From NCBI GenBank assembly GCA_963674695.2, contig CAXXGI010000003.1, positions 256,001 through 320,000 on the forward strand: DNA of 64,000 bases, in the 5' to 3' direction. Both the position numbers and the translations under genes were made by a program. Under the pieces are notes generated by a model that was given only the letters and a program-made list of their open reading frames with translations, ran no database searches and was not told the origin of the DNA. Of this stretch, positions 1 through 8,700 are shown piece after piece. Each line of letters opens with the position of its first letter. The first letter of the stretch is position 1. This stretch comes from a bacterium (GTDB lineage: Bacteria > UBA10199 > 2-02-FULL-44-16 > JAAZCA01).

Positions 1-998
1 TGCACGAGCGGGGACGCCAGCGCCGTGCTCCCGGTCGGCAGATCGGTGGCGAGGGAATGTTCATCGAGCTCGGGCAGCAGGAGCGATACGAATGGCGTGT
101 CGCCTCGAACGGCCAGGACGATCGTCGACGCGGCGTCTTTGCATTCGCCTTCGAGCACATGGGCGATGAAGCGCGCCTCTTGGCGGGGCGAGCGGATGCT
201 GTGCACCGAGATGTCGATCGCAGGCGCGGGTCGCGGCGGCAGCGACTCGCTCCGATCGGCGATCGGCTCGAGCGTCGCGCGGGTCTTTTCGTAGAGCTTT
301 CCCTCGAGCGTCTTCTCCTCGGTGGACGTCGTGAGCGCGATGGCGATGTTCGCCTTCGGAACGGCTGTCTTGATCGCATCGATCAACTCGACGGCGCCCG
401 GTTCAAAGCGGATGAACTCGTCGAAGAGGATCGTGTCGATCTGTTGGAGCAGCGATGCTTCCGCGCGTTGCACATGCTTCAGGGCGAGCGGCAACAGGCA
501 TCCCTCATCCAGGAGATGGCTGTGCGTCAGCGCTTCAGCATAGCGCTCATAGACCGTGAGCAGGTCGTTTTCCTTGAGCGATCCGCGCGTCTCCAGCAGC
601 GTGCGCAGGCGTGCGGGCGTGATGCCGTTGCGATGGAGCAGCGCGATCGTCGAGGCGAATTGCGAGGCGATGCCCATCGAGGGGCGATCGCGGCGAAAAT
701 AGCGCAGCGGGTGGTCGCCGAGGATCGGAAAGAGGAAGAGCGCCTGTTGCAGGGGGGTGAGCAGGTAGTCCTGCGCATCCGCGAGCAGCTGCACGAATCG
801 CCCCCAACCGATGATGCGATGCCCGAGCAGTGCCGATTCTCCACCCGAGATCGCCCAGCGCTGCCGCAGCGCCGCAGCCGCAGCCTCCGTGGGCGCGATG
901 AGGAGCCCCGCATCGCGCGCCTGGGCCTCGGAAAACCGCGCCATGAGGGCCGAAGTCTTTCCGGATCCGATCGGTCCGGTGATGAGCGTGACAGGCAT
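1..998 (-). CDS. AddB-like ATP-dependent helicase/nuclease subunit, N-terminal part (runs off window start)
   Basis: Not in the ORF track. Manual translation from ATG at 998 gives MPVTLITGPIGSGKTSALMARF... with an N-terminal Walker A, then 'LLTVYERY', 'ILFDEFIRF' and 'SPRQEARFIA', which resemble AddB/RexB. The frame is open to the window edge. Confidence 0.7.
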   Translation of the reverse strand, partial: MPVTLITGPIGSGKTSALMARFSEAQARDAGLLIAPTEAAAAALRQRWAISGGESALLGHRIIGWGRFVQLLADAQDYLLTPLQQALFLFPILGDHPLRYFRRDRPSMGIASQFASTIALLHRNGITPARLRTLLETRGSLKENDLLTVYERYAEALTHSHLLDEGCLLPLALKHVQRAEASLLQQIDTILFDEFIRFEPGAVELIDAIKTAVPKANIAIALTTSTEEKTLEGKLYEKTRATLEPIADRSESLPPRPAPAIDISVHSIRSPRQEARFIAHVLEGECKDAASTIVLAVRGDTPFVSLLLPELDEHSLATDLPTGSTALASPLV

Positions 999-1588
999 GC
1001 GGCATACATGACAGGCACGGGGAAGGGGGTCAAGACTTCACTCTGTGAGGGGGAGGTATCATTTTTTGTCAGAAGAAATCCAATTTTTGGTGGTTTTTCC
1101 TTCGGTGTGATGAGTTGTCGTATCGCATCGAAGACCATTTTAAACTTCGCGTCATATCGCTGTTCAACCTGATCGATGCGGAGGGTCAGCTCCTTATGGG
1201 AGAGGATCATCTCTCGCAGATGAATGAAGGCACGAACGATCTGGATGCTCGCTTCGACCGCTGTGGGGCTTCTCAAAATGTTGGCCAGCATGATGGTGCC
1301 GTGTTCGGTGAAGGCGTAGGGGGCATACTTTCGGTGGGCTCCGCGACCGCTCTTTATGGTCGCAAAATGCGACCTTAAAGAGCTAACCTCTTGAATAGTA
1401 AGTTGAAATGCAAAATCCACCGGGAACCGATTCGCGTTTCGACGAACCTGTTCATTCAATCTTTTCGTCGTTACGCCATACAGGGTCGCCAGATCCTCAT
1501 CGAGCATGACGCGGTGGCCACGGATCGTGTGAATACAGCTTTCAATTGCAGTGACGTTGATAGGCTTCATCGGTGTCTTCCCCTTCAT
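527..1588 (-). CDS. ORF6N-domain DNA-binding protein; apparent read-through tail overlaps the AddB-like gene
   Basis: IRGHRVMLDEDLATLYGVTTKRLNEQVRRN..RFP.DF.FQLT and PYAFTEHG are typical ORF6N motifs. Recognisable similarity ends at KIGF (~aa 171, nt ~1075). Confidence 0.8.
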   Translation of the reverse strand: MKGKTPMKPINVTAIESCIHTIRGHRVMLDEDLATLYGVTTKRLNEQVRRNANRFPVDFAFQLTIQEVSSLRSHFATIKSGRGAHRKYAPYAFTEHGTIMLANILRSPTAVEASIQIVRAFIHLREMILSHKELTLRIDQVEQRYDAKFKMVFDAIRQLITPKEKPPKIGFLLTKNDTSPSQSEVLTPFPVPVMYAACLSRSSPDRSDPERLRPSWRGFPRPRRAMRGSSSRPRRLRLRRCGSAGRSRVENRHCSGIASSVGGDSCSCSRMRRTTCSPPCNRRSSSFRSSATTRCAIFAAIAPRWASPRNSPRRSRCSIATASRPHACARCWRRADRSRKTTCSRSMSAMLKR

Positions 1589-1591
1589 GGA

Positions 1592-3112
1592 TCAAAGCGC
1601 ATCGATCGTCGGCCGAAATTGAAGGGCTTCAGCCAGATGTTCGACGGCGATCTCGTCGGCTTGGGCCAGATCCGCGATCGTGCGCGCGACCTTGAGCACG
1701 CGGTGGAGGGCACGCCCGGAGAGGACATGCGCCTCGGCGGCCTTTCGCAAAAAACGATGTTCCTCCGTTCCGAGGCGGCAGTGGTGGCGCACGTTGCGTC
1801 CGGTGAGTCCGGCGTTGGTCGCTCCCTCCTGACGGTAGCGCTGCGCCTGGCGATCGCGCGCCATGAGCACGCGTTCGCGGACATCGCGCGAGCGCTCTTC
1901 GGTGCCGGTATCGAGCAACGCTTCATGCGGCGGAGGGCCGACCTCGATGTGCAGGTCGATGCGGTCCATGAGGGGTCCCGAGAGCTTGGTCTGATAGCGA
2001 CGGATCTGCGGGACGGTGCAGCTGCACGCCCGTGCCGGATGCGTGAGAAACCCACAGGGGCAGTTGTTCCACGCTGCGGCCAGGAGAAACCGTGCGGGAT
2101 AGTGGATCGAGACGCCCGCGCGCACGATGTGCACGCGACCCGATTCCATCGGCTGGCGCAGGACTTCGAGCACGTCCTTGCGGAACTCGGCCATCTCGTC
2201 GAGGAAGAGGACGCCTCGGTGCGCGAGCGAGATCTCTCCCAGACGCGCCGCGCCTCCCACGCCACCGCCGACCAGCCCCGCATAGGAGGCCGAATGATGT
2301 GGCGCCCGAAAGGGGCGGTGATGCGGCAGTTCCTGTCCGCGCAGCAGTCCGTGCCAGCTCTGGATCATGGCGACCTCGATCGCCTCGGCTTCCGTCAGTG
2401 GCGGCAGGATCGTCGAGAGTCGTTCGGCGAGCATCGTCTTCCCCGTCCCCGGCGGTCCGCGGAAGGCGACGTTGTGACCACCGGCCGCGGCGATGGTAAG
2501 CCCGCGTTTCGCAAACGGTTGCCCGCGCACATCGGCGAGATCGCCGACATCTCTCTGTGCATCGAGCGGCGGCGGCACGGGCGGCATCGGCGGGACGATG
2601 TCGTCGGCCAGAAACTGCACCGCGTCGGCAAGCGTGCGCACGGGCACGACCTGAATGTCGCCGGCCAGCTGCGCCTCCCAGGCGTTTTCCGCCGGGACGA
2701 TGACGCCGGAGAGATTGCGATCGAGGGCCGACTTGGCCAGCATCAGCACGCCGCTCACCGGAAGCACGTCGCCGGTGAGCGAGAGCTCCCCGGCGATGAG
2801 GTGACATCGGCTGCGCGATGGTTTGCACGCGCCGACGGCCGTGAGCAGCGCCACCGCGATGGGGAGATCGTAGTGCGCGCCCGCCTTTTTCAGATCCGCC
2901 GGCGAGAGGTTGATGAGCGTCTTGCGGTTGGGCAGCCCGAAACCGGCGTTGCGGATGGCGCTCTCCACGCGTTCACGCGCCTCCTTCACGGCAGTCTCCA
3001 GAAGCCCCACCATGTTCCAGCCGGGCAGCCCCTGCATCTGGACGTCGACCTCGACGGTGACGGGGAGGGCCTCTATGCCAGCCAGCGCAGCTGCATGAAC
3101 GTATGCGTGCAT
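1592..3112 (-). CDS. comM: ComM/YifB Mg-chelatase-like AAA+ ATPase
   Basis: INLSPADLKKAGAHYDLPIA, GPPGTGKTMLA, PFRAPHHSAS, GEISLAHRGVLFLDE, LSGPLMDRID and RVLKVARTIADL. Start placed at MHAYVH (3112). Confidence 0.93.
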   Translation of the reverse strand: MHAYVHAAALAGIEALPVTVEVDVQMQGLPGWNMVGLLETAVKEARERVESAIRNAGFGLPNRKTLINLSPADLKKAGAHYDLPIAVALLTAVGACKPSRSRCHLIAGELSLTGDVLPVSGVLMLAKSALDRNLSGVIVPAENAWEAQLAGDIQVVPVRTLADAVQFLADDIVPPMPPVPPPLDAQRDVGDLADVRGQPFAKRGLTIAAAGGHNVAFRGPPGTGKTMLAERLSTILPPLTEAEAIEVAMIQSWHGLLRGQELPHHRPFRAPHHSASYAGLVGGGVGGAARLGEISLAHRGVLFLDEMAEFRKDVLEVLRQPMESGRVHIVRAGVSIHYPARFLLAAAWNNCPCGFLTHPARACSCTVPQIRRYQTKLSGPLMDRIDLHIEVGPPPHEALLDTGTEERSRDVRERVLMARDRQAQRYRQEGATNAGLTGRNVRHHCRLGTEEHRFLRKAAEAHVLSGRALHRVLKVARTIADLAQADEIAVEHLAEALQFRPTIDAL

Positions 3113-3125
3113 GCCGTCCCTCATT

Positions 3126-3217
3126 GCACCGGTTGTGCCAATGACGAGGGTCGATGATTCAAGGGGTTAGATGAAATCCACTGCCGCCATTTGCAGCAGC
3201 TGCATCAAATGGCGGCA
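3126..3217 (-). promoter_or_regulatory. sigma54-type promoter + IHF-like site + 36-bp palindrome upstream of comM
   Basis: Minus strand TGGCAC-AACCG-GTGC (3140-3126). ATTCAAGGGGTTA at 3157-3169 resembles IHF WATCAANNNNTTR. Palindrome TGCCGCCATTTG-N12-CAAATGGCGGCA at 3182-3217. Confidence 0.75.
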
Positions 3218-3301
3218 CCTGAACGGGCTCGGCGCCCATCCTTGACCTTTTGCGGGGAATCGGCCAAGTTGCCCGGACTCATTCTGTTTTTTGGAGGGGG
3301 C

Positions 3302-4243
3302 ATGGCACATGATATCGTCATCATTGGGACGGGCGCGGCGGGACTCACGGCCGCCATCTATGCGGCGCGGGCCAACATGGAACCCCTGCTCATCGAGGGG
3401 ATGCAGCCGGGCGGGCAGCTCACGATCACGACCGACATCGAGAACTTTCCCGGCTTTGCCGACCCGATCGGCGGACCGGATCTGATGCTGGCCATGCGTG
3501 CGCAGGCCGAGCGTGTCGGCGCGAAGGTGAAGAGCGGCGCGGTCACCAGTGTGGATCTCTCAAAACGGCCGTTCGTCATCGAGGTCGGAGATGAGAAAAT
3601 AGAAGCGCGCGCGCTCATCGTTGCCACCGGTGCCGAGGCACGCTGGCTTGGAATCGAGTCGGAGCACACGCTCATGGGCAAGGGCGTTTCGGCCTGTGCG
3701 ACCTGCGATGGGTTCTTCTTCCGCGGCAAAGAGATCGTCGTCGTCGGCGGGGGCGATACGGCGCTCGAAGAGGCGACCTACCTCACGCATTTTGCGACGA
3801 AGGTGACGATCATCCATCGGCGCGATGAACTGCGCGGATCGAAGGCGATGCAGGAGCGTGCCTTCAAAAACGACAAGATTGCATTCGCCTGGTCGAGCGT
3901 CATCGACGAGATCCTGGATGTGGAAAAGGGGGAGGTGACCGGCGTGCGCCTCAAGGACACCAAGACCGGCGCGCTTCGCGAGCTTCCCTGCCAGGGAGTC
4001 TTCATCGCCATCGGGCACAAGCCGAACACGGACGTCTTCAAAGGGCAGCTCGAGATGAACGCCGAGGGCTATATCGTCACGCCAAAGACGAGCATGCGCA
4101 CCTCGGTCGAAGGCGTCTATGCCGCCGGCGATTGCCAGGACCACGTCTATCGGCAGGCGATCACCGCCGCCGGCACTGGCTGCATGGCGGCCATCGATGC
4201 CGAGCGGTGGTTGCAAGAGCAGACCATAGACCAGAGACCATAG
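3302..4243 (+). CDS. trxB: thioredoxin-disulfide reductase
   Basis: GTGAAGLTAAIY, GVSACATCDG, VVGGGDTALEEA and YRQAITAAGTGC motifs. GGAGG upstream of ATG 3302. Confidence 0.97.
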   Translation: MAHDIVIIGTGAAGLTAAIYAARANMEPLLIEGMQPGGQLTITTDIENFPGFADPIGGPDLMLAMRAQAERVGAKVKSGAVTSVDLSKRPFVIEVGDEKIEARALIVATGAEARWLGIESEHTLMGKGVSACATCDGFFFRGKEIVVVGGGDTALEEATYLTHFATKVTIIHRRDELRGSKAMQERAFKNDKIAFAWSSVIDEILDVEKGEVTGVRLKDTKTGALRELPCQGVFIAIGHKPNTDVFKGQLEMNAEGYIVTPKTSMRTSVEGVYAAGDCQDHVYRQAITAAGTGCMAAIDAERWLQEQTIDQRP

Positions 4244-4255
4244 ACCATGGACCAG
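4221..4255 (+). repeat. heptamer array (AGACCAT/AGACCAG)x5 overlapping trxB stop
   Basis: AGACCAT AGACCAG AGACCAT AGACCAT GGACCAG. Confidence 0.75.
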
Positions 4256-4260
4256 AGGGT

Positions 4261-4353
4261 GTCATTCCCGCGCAGGCGGGAATCTCGACTTTCACGATTC
4301 ATCGAGATCCCCGCTGGAGTTTATCCTGAGCGGAGTCGAAGGGCGGGGATGAC
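4261..4353. repeat. REP-like doublet (GTCATTCCCGCGCAGGCGGGAATC family) with nested insert
   Basis: GTCATTCCCGCGCAGGCGGGAATCTCGA ... TCGAGATCCCCGC[TGGAGTTTATCCTGAGCGGAGTCGAAGG]GCGGGGATGAC. Confidence 0.85.
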
Positions 4354-4400
4354 AAACTCAATCAGATTCGGGCATGACAGAGTATAAGACAGTTTTCTAG

Positions 4401-5489
4401 ATGCGCCACATTGTTGAAAGGCTCTTCTTGAAAAGACTCCTCACGATCATCGTCATCTTCAGCACCTTCGCATCCGGTACGGTGTTCGCACGCGAGTATG
4501 ATGCGTTTGGTCCCATCTCATTGCGGACACAGAATCCCGTCTACCTGCAGTCGTTGGGGCTCACCCCTACGCGCGCCGAGGTCGTTCCCGAGGGGACCTT
4601 TGAGCTGCGCCTCGATTCGGCCTATTCCAATATCTTCGAGCGGGAGCGGAACGCGAATGCCTTTCTCGACCTGGATATGGAACTGTTGCGCATGTCGCTG
4701 CACACCATGTATGGCCTGACCGATGATTTCGAGATCGGCATCGAGATTCCCTTGATGCATTTCAACGGTGGGTTTCTCGACAGCTTCATTCAATCCTATC
4801 ACAAGTTTTTCGGGTTTCCCAACGGCGGGCGCGATCAGGTTCCCAACAATCAATTCGATTATTTTCTGAACCAGGGCGGCCGTCAGCGTTTTCGGTATCC
4901 GTCCGCGGATTTGGGGTTGGGCGATATCGTCTTGCATGTGAAACATCAGCTCACCGGGCAGGATAGCGATTGGCCCGCGCTCTCCATCTTTGCCGAGTTC
5001 AAATTTCCGACCGGGCGGCGTTGTCGGGGTTTTGGCAGCGGCGCGTTCGACTTTGGCTTCGGCACGGCGTTGGAGGCGAGCTACAAGCGCATTCACGGCC
5101 ACTTCAACGCAGCCTATTATGTGTTGGGGGGGAACGCCTACTACGAAGACCTGATGCGCAGCGAGATGTTCTCCTACATGATCGCCGGCGAGGTGTCGCT
5201 TTTGCCCAACTGGTCGGTCATCGTTCAGCTCAACGGCTCGACGCCGCTCCTGCAGGGGACGGGACTCGATCAATGGGACGGCGTGCCGCTCGACCTCGTC
5301 ATCGGCTTTCGCGGTGAAGAGCGCAATCTCATCAACAATACGGATCTCATCTGGCAGTTCGGCTTCTCCGAGGACGTGACCAGCCGCGGACCATCCGTGG
5401 ACTTCACCGTCTTCTTCTCCATCGGCCTGCGCTTCGACGCCTTCGGCCGCACCCGCCCCGTCGGCGATTGGCTGGCCTTAAAACCGTGA
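4401..5489 (+). CDS. DUF3187-like outer-membrane beta-barrel protein
   Basis: Signal-peptide-like N-terminus; 'GGFLDSFIQSYHKFFGFPNGGR' and 'GLGDI...KFPTG...GFGSGAFDFG'. The exact start may be TTG 4428. Confidence 0.75.
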   Translation: MRHIVERLFLKRLLTIIVIFSTFASGTVFAREYDAFGPISLRTQNPVYLQSLGLTPTRAEVVPEGTFELRLDSAYSNIFERERNANAFLDLDMELLRMSLHTMYGLTDDFEIGIEIPLMHFNGGFLDSFIQSYHKFFGFPNGGRDQVPNNQFDYFLNQGGRQRFRYPSADLGLGDIVLHVKHQLTGQDSDWPALSIFAEFKFPTGRRCRGFGSGAFDFGFGTALEASYKRIHGHFNAAYYVLGGNAYYEDLMRSEMFSYMIAGEVSLLPNWSVIVQLNGSTPLLQGTGLDQWDGVPLDLVIGFRGEERNLINNTDLIWQFGFSEDVTSRGPSVDFTVFFSIGLRFDAFGRTRPVGDWLALKP

Positions 5490-5597
5490 ACGGTGAACGG
5501 TGAACGGTGAACGGTGAACGGTGAACGGTGAACGAAAAAACCCCCAAGTATATCACCTTGGGGGTTTTCTGTTCACCGTTTACGGTTCACCGTTCAC
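5486..5597. repeat. (GTGAACG)x7 array, central terminator hairpin, then 4 reverse-complement units
   Basis: 5486-5534 perfect units; 5570-5597 TGTTCAC CGTTTAC GGTTCAC CGTTCAC. Confidence 0.95.
5535..5570. terminator. bidirectional intrinsic terminator between convergent genes
   Basis: AAAAAACCCCCAAG-tatatcac-CTTGGGGGTTTTCT. Confidence 0.8.
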
Positions 5598-5602
5598 GGA
5601 TT

Positions 5603-6040
5603 TTAGAAGGGTACATCGTCCGGGCCGGTGTCGCCGAAGTCCGGCGTGGTGTTGCTCGCTGGGGTCGGGGCGTTTGTGCCATAGCTTTCACCCGTGCTCT
5701 TGGCGCCGGTGGGGGAACCCAAAAATTGCACGCGCTGGGCGACGACTTCTGTCGTGTAGCGTTTGTTGCCGTCCTTATCGTCCCATTGCCGCGTCTGCAG
5801 GCGACCCTCGACATAGACCGGGCGACCCTTCGAGAGGTACTGCGCACAGCTCTCCGCTTGAGCGCCCCAGACGACGACGCGATGCCACTCCGTGCGTTCC
5901 TGCGGTTCGTTGGCACTGTTGCGCCAGCGCTCGCTCGTAGCGATGTTGAAGTTGGTGACCGTCTGTCCCGTTCCGGTGACACGCTTTTCCGGATCTTTGC
6001 CGAGGTTGCCGATGAGGATGACCTTGTTGACGCTTGCCAT
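5603..6040 (-). CDS. ssb: single-stranded DNA-binding protein
   Basis: [38 protein letters not shown] and C-terminal DDVPF. Confidence 0.97.
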   Translation of the reverse strand: MASVNKVILIGNLGKDPEKRVTGTGQTVTNFNIATSERWRNSANEPQERTEWHRVVVWGAQAESCAQYLSKGRPVYVEGRLQTRQWDDKDGNKRYTTEVVAQRVQFLGSPTGAKSTGESYGTNAPTPASNTTPDFGDTGPDDVPF

Positions 6041-6085
6041 ATATGCTCCTTTTCCGATGGGTGACGGGATCAATGCAGCCGACGT

Positions 6086-6790
6086 TTAGCGCATGGCCTT
6101 TGCCAGCTTCTTTTCCAACTTCGTGGTCTGTATCTTCCACTCGGGATAGGCGCTGTCGCTGCGCCAGTGCGATGAGAGCTCCTTGGCATCGGCCAGGTGC
6201 TCGATGGCCTGGGAGAACTTGCCCTCGGCGAAGAGCGTCTCTGCGAGCGCGAGCTGGTTTTCCGGGTAGTCGGGCGCGATGGTCACGGCCTTGTGCAGAT
6301 AGGACTCCGCGAGCCCCAGATCGCGCGTGATGCTGTCGACATGCGAACCGGTCTGTGGGAGCTGCGTATAGATTTGGCCGAGGAGTCTGTAGGCGCCGCC
6401 ATATTCATAGCTCGGATCGATGGCGATCACGCGCTTACAGTCGGCGATCATCTGTTTGACGCCGCGCTGATAGCCGATGATGCGGATGCGGTAGTAGAGT
6501 CCCGTGTTGGCGGCGCGCCAGAAATAGCAGCCGGCCGATTCCGGTTCGAGTTCCAGGCACTGCTCCGCAAATGCCACTCCCTTGAGCGCCATATCCTTGG
6601 CCTCGCCCCGGTTGGCCTCCTGGGCGGCAGTTGCGGCGGCATCGCGCGAGGCCTGGAGGAGCTCGTCGGCGTTCCAGCTTGAGCTGTCGCTGGTGAGCGA
6701 CGTTCGTTTAGGAGCTTTGGCACAGCCGAGCGGGGCGACGCTCAGGGCAAGGATGATCAGGGACAATGCAAGGGCGTTTGGTATGCGCAT
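6086..6790 (-). CDS. TPR-like lipoprotein
   Basis: Lipobox 'APLGC'; helical repeats 'AIDPSYEYGGAYRLLGQIY' and 'AVTIAPDYPENQLALAE'. Confidence 0.75.
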   Translation of the reverse strand: MRIPNALALSLIILALSVAPLGCAKAPKRTSLTSDSSSWNADELLQASRDAAATAAQEANRGEAKDMALKGVAFAEQCLELEPESAGCYFWRAANTGLYYRIRIIGYQRGVKQMIADCKRVIAIDPSYEYGGAYRLLGQIYTQLPQTGSHVDSITRDLGLAESYLHKAVTIAPDYPENQLALAETLFAEGKFSQAIEHLADAKELSSHWRSDSAYPEWKIQTTKLEKKLAKAMR

Positions 6791-6885
6791 AGCGAGCGCT
6801 CCTACCACGGGGGGTGGCTGCCTTCAAGGTTTTTTGCAGGATTCTTGACGCCTGAAACACCCTGTGCTAGCAGACGCGAACCCTT

Positions 6886-6958
6886 GGCGGCGTACCCAAA
6901 TGGTTAAGGGGGCGGTTTGCAAAACCGTTATTTACCGGTTCGATTCCGGTCGCCGCCT
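6886..6958 (+). tRNA. tRNA-Cys(GCA), CCA not encoded
   Basis: Acceptor GGCGGCG/CGCCGCC, anticodon loop TTGCAAA, T-arm GGTTCGATTCC. Confidence 0.95.
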
Positions 6959-7067
6959 CATCCCCGAAACTCCTGTTTGAAGCGGAGTTTCGGGTTCTTT
7001 TTTGTGCTGATGCCGCCGAAATCATTGCCAAAAATTCTGTGCTGTGTTCATTTCGGGACGCACGATT

Positions 7068-7156
7068 GCCCGGGTGGAGGAATTGGCAGACTCCAGGGAC
7101 TTAAAATCCCTTGGGGAGGAATCCCCGTACCGGTTCGAATCCGGTCCCGGGCACCA
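7068..7156 (+). tRNA. tRNA-Leu(TAA)
   Basis: GCCCGGG...CCCGGGCACCA, anticodon loop CTTAAAA, long variable arm, GGTTCGAATCC. Confidence 0.95.
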
Positions 7157-7162
7157 AAGAAC

Positions 7163-7211
7163 AGTTAAAAGTTCAAAGTTGAAGAGTGAAAGTTGAAGGG
7201 TGAAGGGCGAG
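7163..7211 (+). repeat. degenerate heptamer array (AGTTCAA drifting to GGGTGAA)
   Basis: AGTTAAA AGTTCAA AGTTGAA GAGTGAA AGTTGAA GGGTGAA GGGCGAG. Confidence 0.75.
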
Positions 7212-7218
7212 GGGAGAT

Positions 7219-7905
7219 ATGGCATTTGATTCCAAGGCATTCGTGCAGTTTCTCATCGACAACGGGGTGGTCGGGTTCTTCGAAAAGCCCGTGACGCTCA
7301 AGTCGGGGCGGCAATCGCACTTCTATTGTAACTGGCGCAACGTTGCGGCCGATACCTTTCTCATCGACCGGTTGGCCGATTTTCTCATCGCCTTCGCGCA
7401 GGATGAGGGTTTTTCATTCGATGCCTTCTACGGCGTCCCCGAAGGGGCGACCAAGCTCGGTGTCATCGCCACCTACAAGTGGGCCCGGCAGCAGCCCGGG
7501 TTTGCGCCCGGCAGCCATCCGCTGCCGATGGGGCGGGCTTGCCCAAAGCAGCACGGTGCGCCGCAGGATCGCTTCTTCGTCGGCGCGCCGCGGGGGCGCA
7601 TCCTCGTCGTGGAAGATGTCACCACGACCGGTGGGTCGCTTTTGAATGCGCTCGACGGGCTCGCCCAACTCGACGATGTTCAGATCGTCGCGGCGGTGGG
7701 GCTCACCAACCGGATGGAAAAGCGCGATGACGGACGCTCCGTTGCTGAAGCCATCGAGGCCAAGGGTGTTGCCTATGTCAGCTTGAGCGATGCGACCCAG
7801 TTTCTGCCGCAGGTCTTTGCGGCGCTCAAACCCGGCGAGGAGATCGCCCGTGCGATCGAGGCCGAATTTTCCGAATATGGCGTCAAACCATTGAAACTTC
7901 TTTAG
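7219..7905 (+). CDS. pyrE: orotate phosphoribosyltransferase
   Basis: TLKSGRQSHFY, PRPP motif ILVVEDVTTTGGS; adjacent to an OMP decarboxylase-like gene. Confidence 0.85.
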   Translation: MAFDSKAFVQFLIDNGVVGFFEKPVTLKSGRQSHFYCNWRNVAADTFLIDRLADFLIAFAQDEGFSFDAFYGVPEGATKLGVIATYKWARQQPGFAPGSHPLPMGRACPKQHGAPQDRFFVGAPRGRILVVEDVTTTGGSLLNALDGLAQLDDVQIVAAVGLTNRMEKRDDGRSVAEAIEAKGVAYVSLSDATQFLPQVFAALKPGEEIARAIEAEFSEYGVKPLKLL

Positions 7906-7920
7906 AGACGAGGAGATATT

Positions 7921-8625
7921 ATGATCATCGCCCAACCCCGAAGCATCATTCCCGCCTGTGATGTCGATGCCGAGCGCTATGAACAGATGGTGAAGGCCAC
8001 CGCCGATGTCCCCGGCATCGGCGCCTATAAGTTGGGCTTTGTGCTCGCGCTCTCCATCGGCCTGCCGCGGGCGGTCGAGATCGCGCGCAAGTATACGGAC
8101 AAACCGCTCATCTACGATCATCAGAAGGCGGGGACCGATATCCCCGAGACGGGCGAGGCGTTTGCGAACGTTTGCCGCAATGCAGGGATCGATGCGGTGA
8201 TCTTCTTCCCGCAGGCGGGCCCCGAGACCGAGCGCGCCTGGATCGATTTCGCGCGCAACGAAAACCTCGGCGTCATCGTTGGGGGCCTCATGACGCACAA
8301 GAAATATGTGCGCAGCGAGTCCGGTTTTATCGCGGATGAGGCGATCGTCGAGATGTACGAGACGGCGGCCAACCTCGGCATCAACGACTACGTCGTCCCG
8401 GGCAACAACCCGGTCGCCATTCGAAAGATTCGCGCGATGCTCGAGCGCGAGCATGCGCATCCGGTCTTCTATTCGCCGGGGTTTGTCGCGCAGGGCGGCG
8501 CGATTTCAGAGGCAGCTCAAGCCGCGGGTGACCACTATCACGCCATCGTCGGACGCGGCATCTACAATGCGCCGGACATGCGGCTCGCCGCCGAGGAGCT
8601 GTGTGCACACCTGCTGGAGAGCTGA
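7921..8625 (+). CDS. pyrF: orotidine-5'-phosphate decarboxylase (divergent)
   Basis: IIPACD, YKLGF, YDHQKAGTDIPET, SPGFVAQGG and IVGRGIY. Confidence 0.8.
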   Translation: MIIAQPRSIIPACDVDAERYEQMVKATADVPGIGAYKLGFVLALSIGLPRAVEIARKYTDKPLIYDHQKAGTDIPETGEAFANVCRNAGIDAVIFFPQAGPETERAWIDFARNENLGVIVGGLMTHKKYVRSESGFIADEAIVEMYETAANLGINDYVVPGNNPVAIRKIRAMLEREHAHPVFYSPGFVAQGGAISEAAQAAGDHYHAIVGRGIYNAPDMRLAAEELCAHLLES

Positions 8626-8682
8626 AGGGTGAAAGGCGAAGGGCGAAAGGTGAAGGGCGAAAGGTGAAGGGTGAAGGGCGAA
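8620..8682 (+). repeat. heptamer array (RGGYGAA)x9 starting at pyrF stop
   Basis: AGCTGAA GGGTGAA AGGCGAA GGGCGAA AGGTGAA GGGCGAA AGGTGAA GGGTGAA GGGCGAA. Confidence 0.9.
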
Positions 8683-8700
8683 GGAGCGATGGAGGGAGAC

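Noticed and set aside
57-3157. Long plus-strand ORFs 57..1172 and 1391..3157
   Set aside because: Antisense shadows of the AddB-like, ORF6N and comM genes in high-GC DNA; no recognisable motifs.
3182-3217. 36-bp palindrome as an intrinsic terminator or ordinary REP
   Set aside because: No U-tract, always between divergent gene starts, and at fixed distance from sigma54 boxes; unrelated to the GTCAT REP family.
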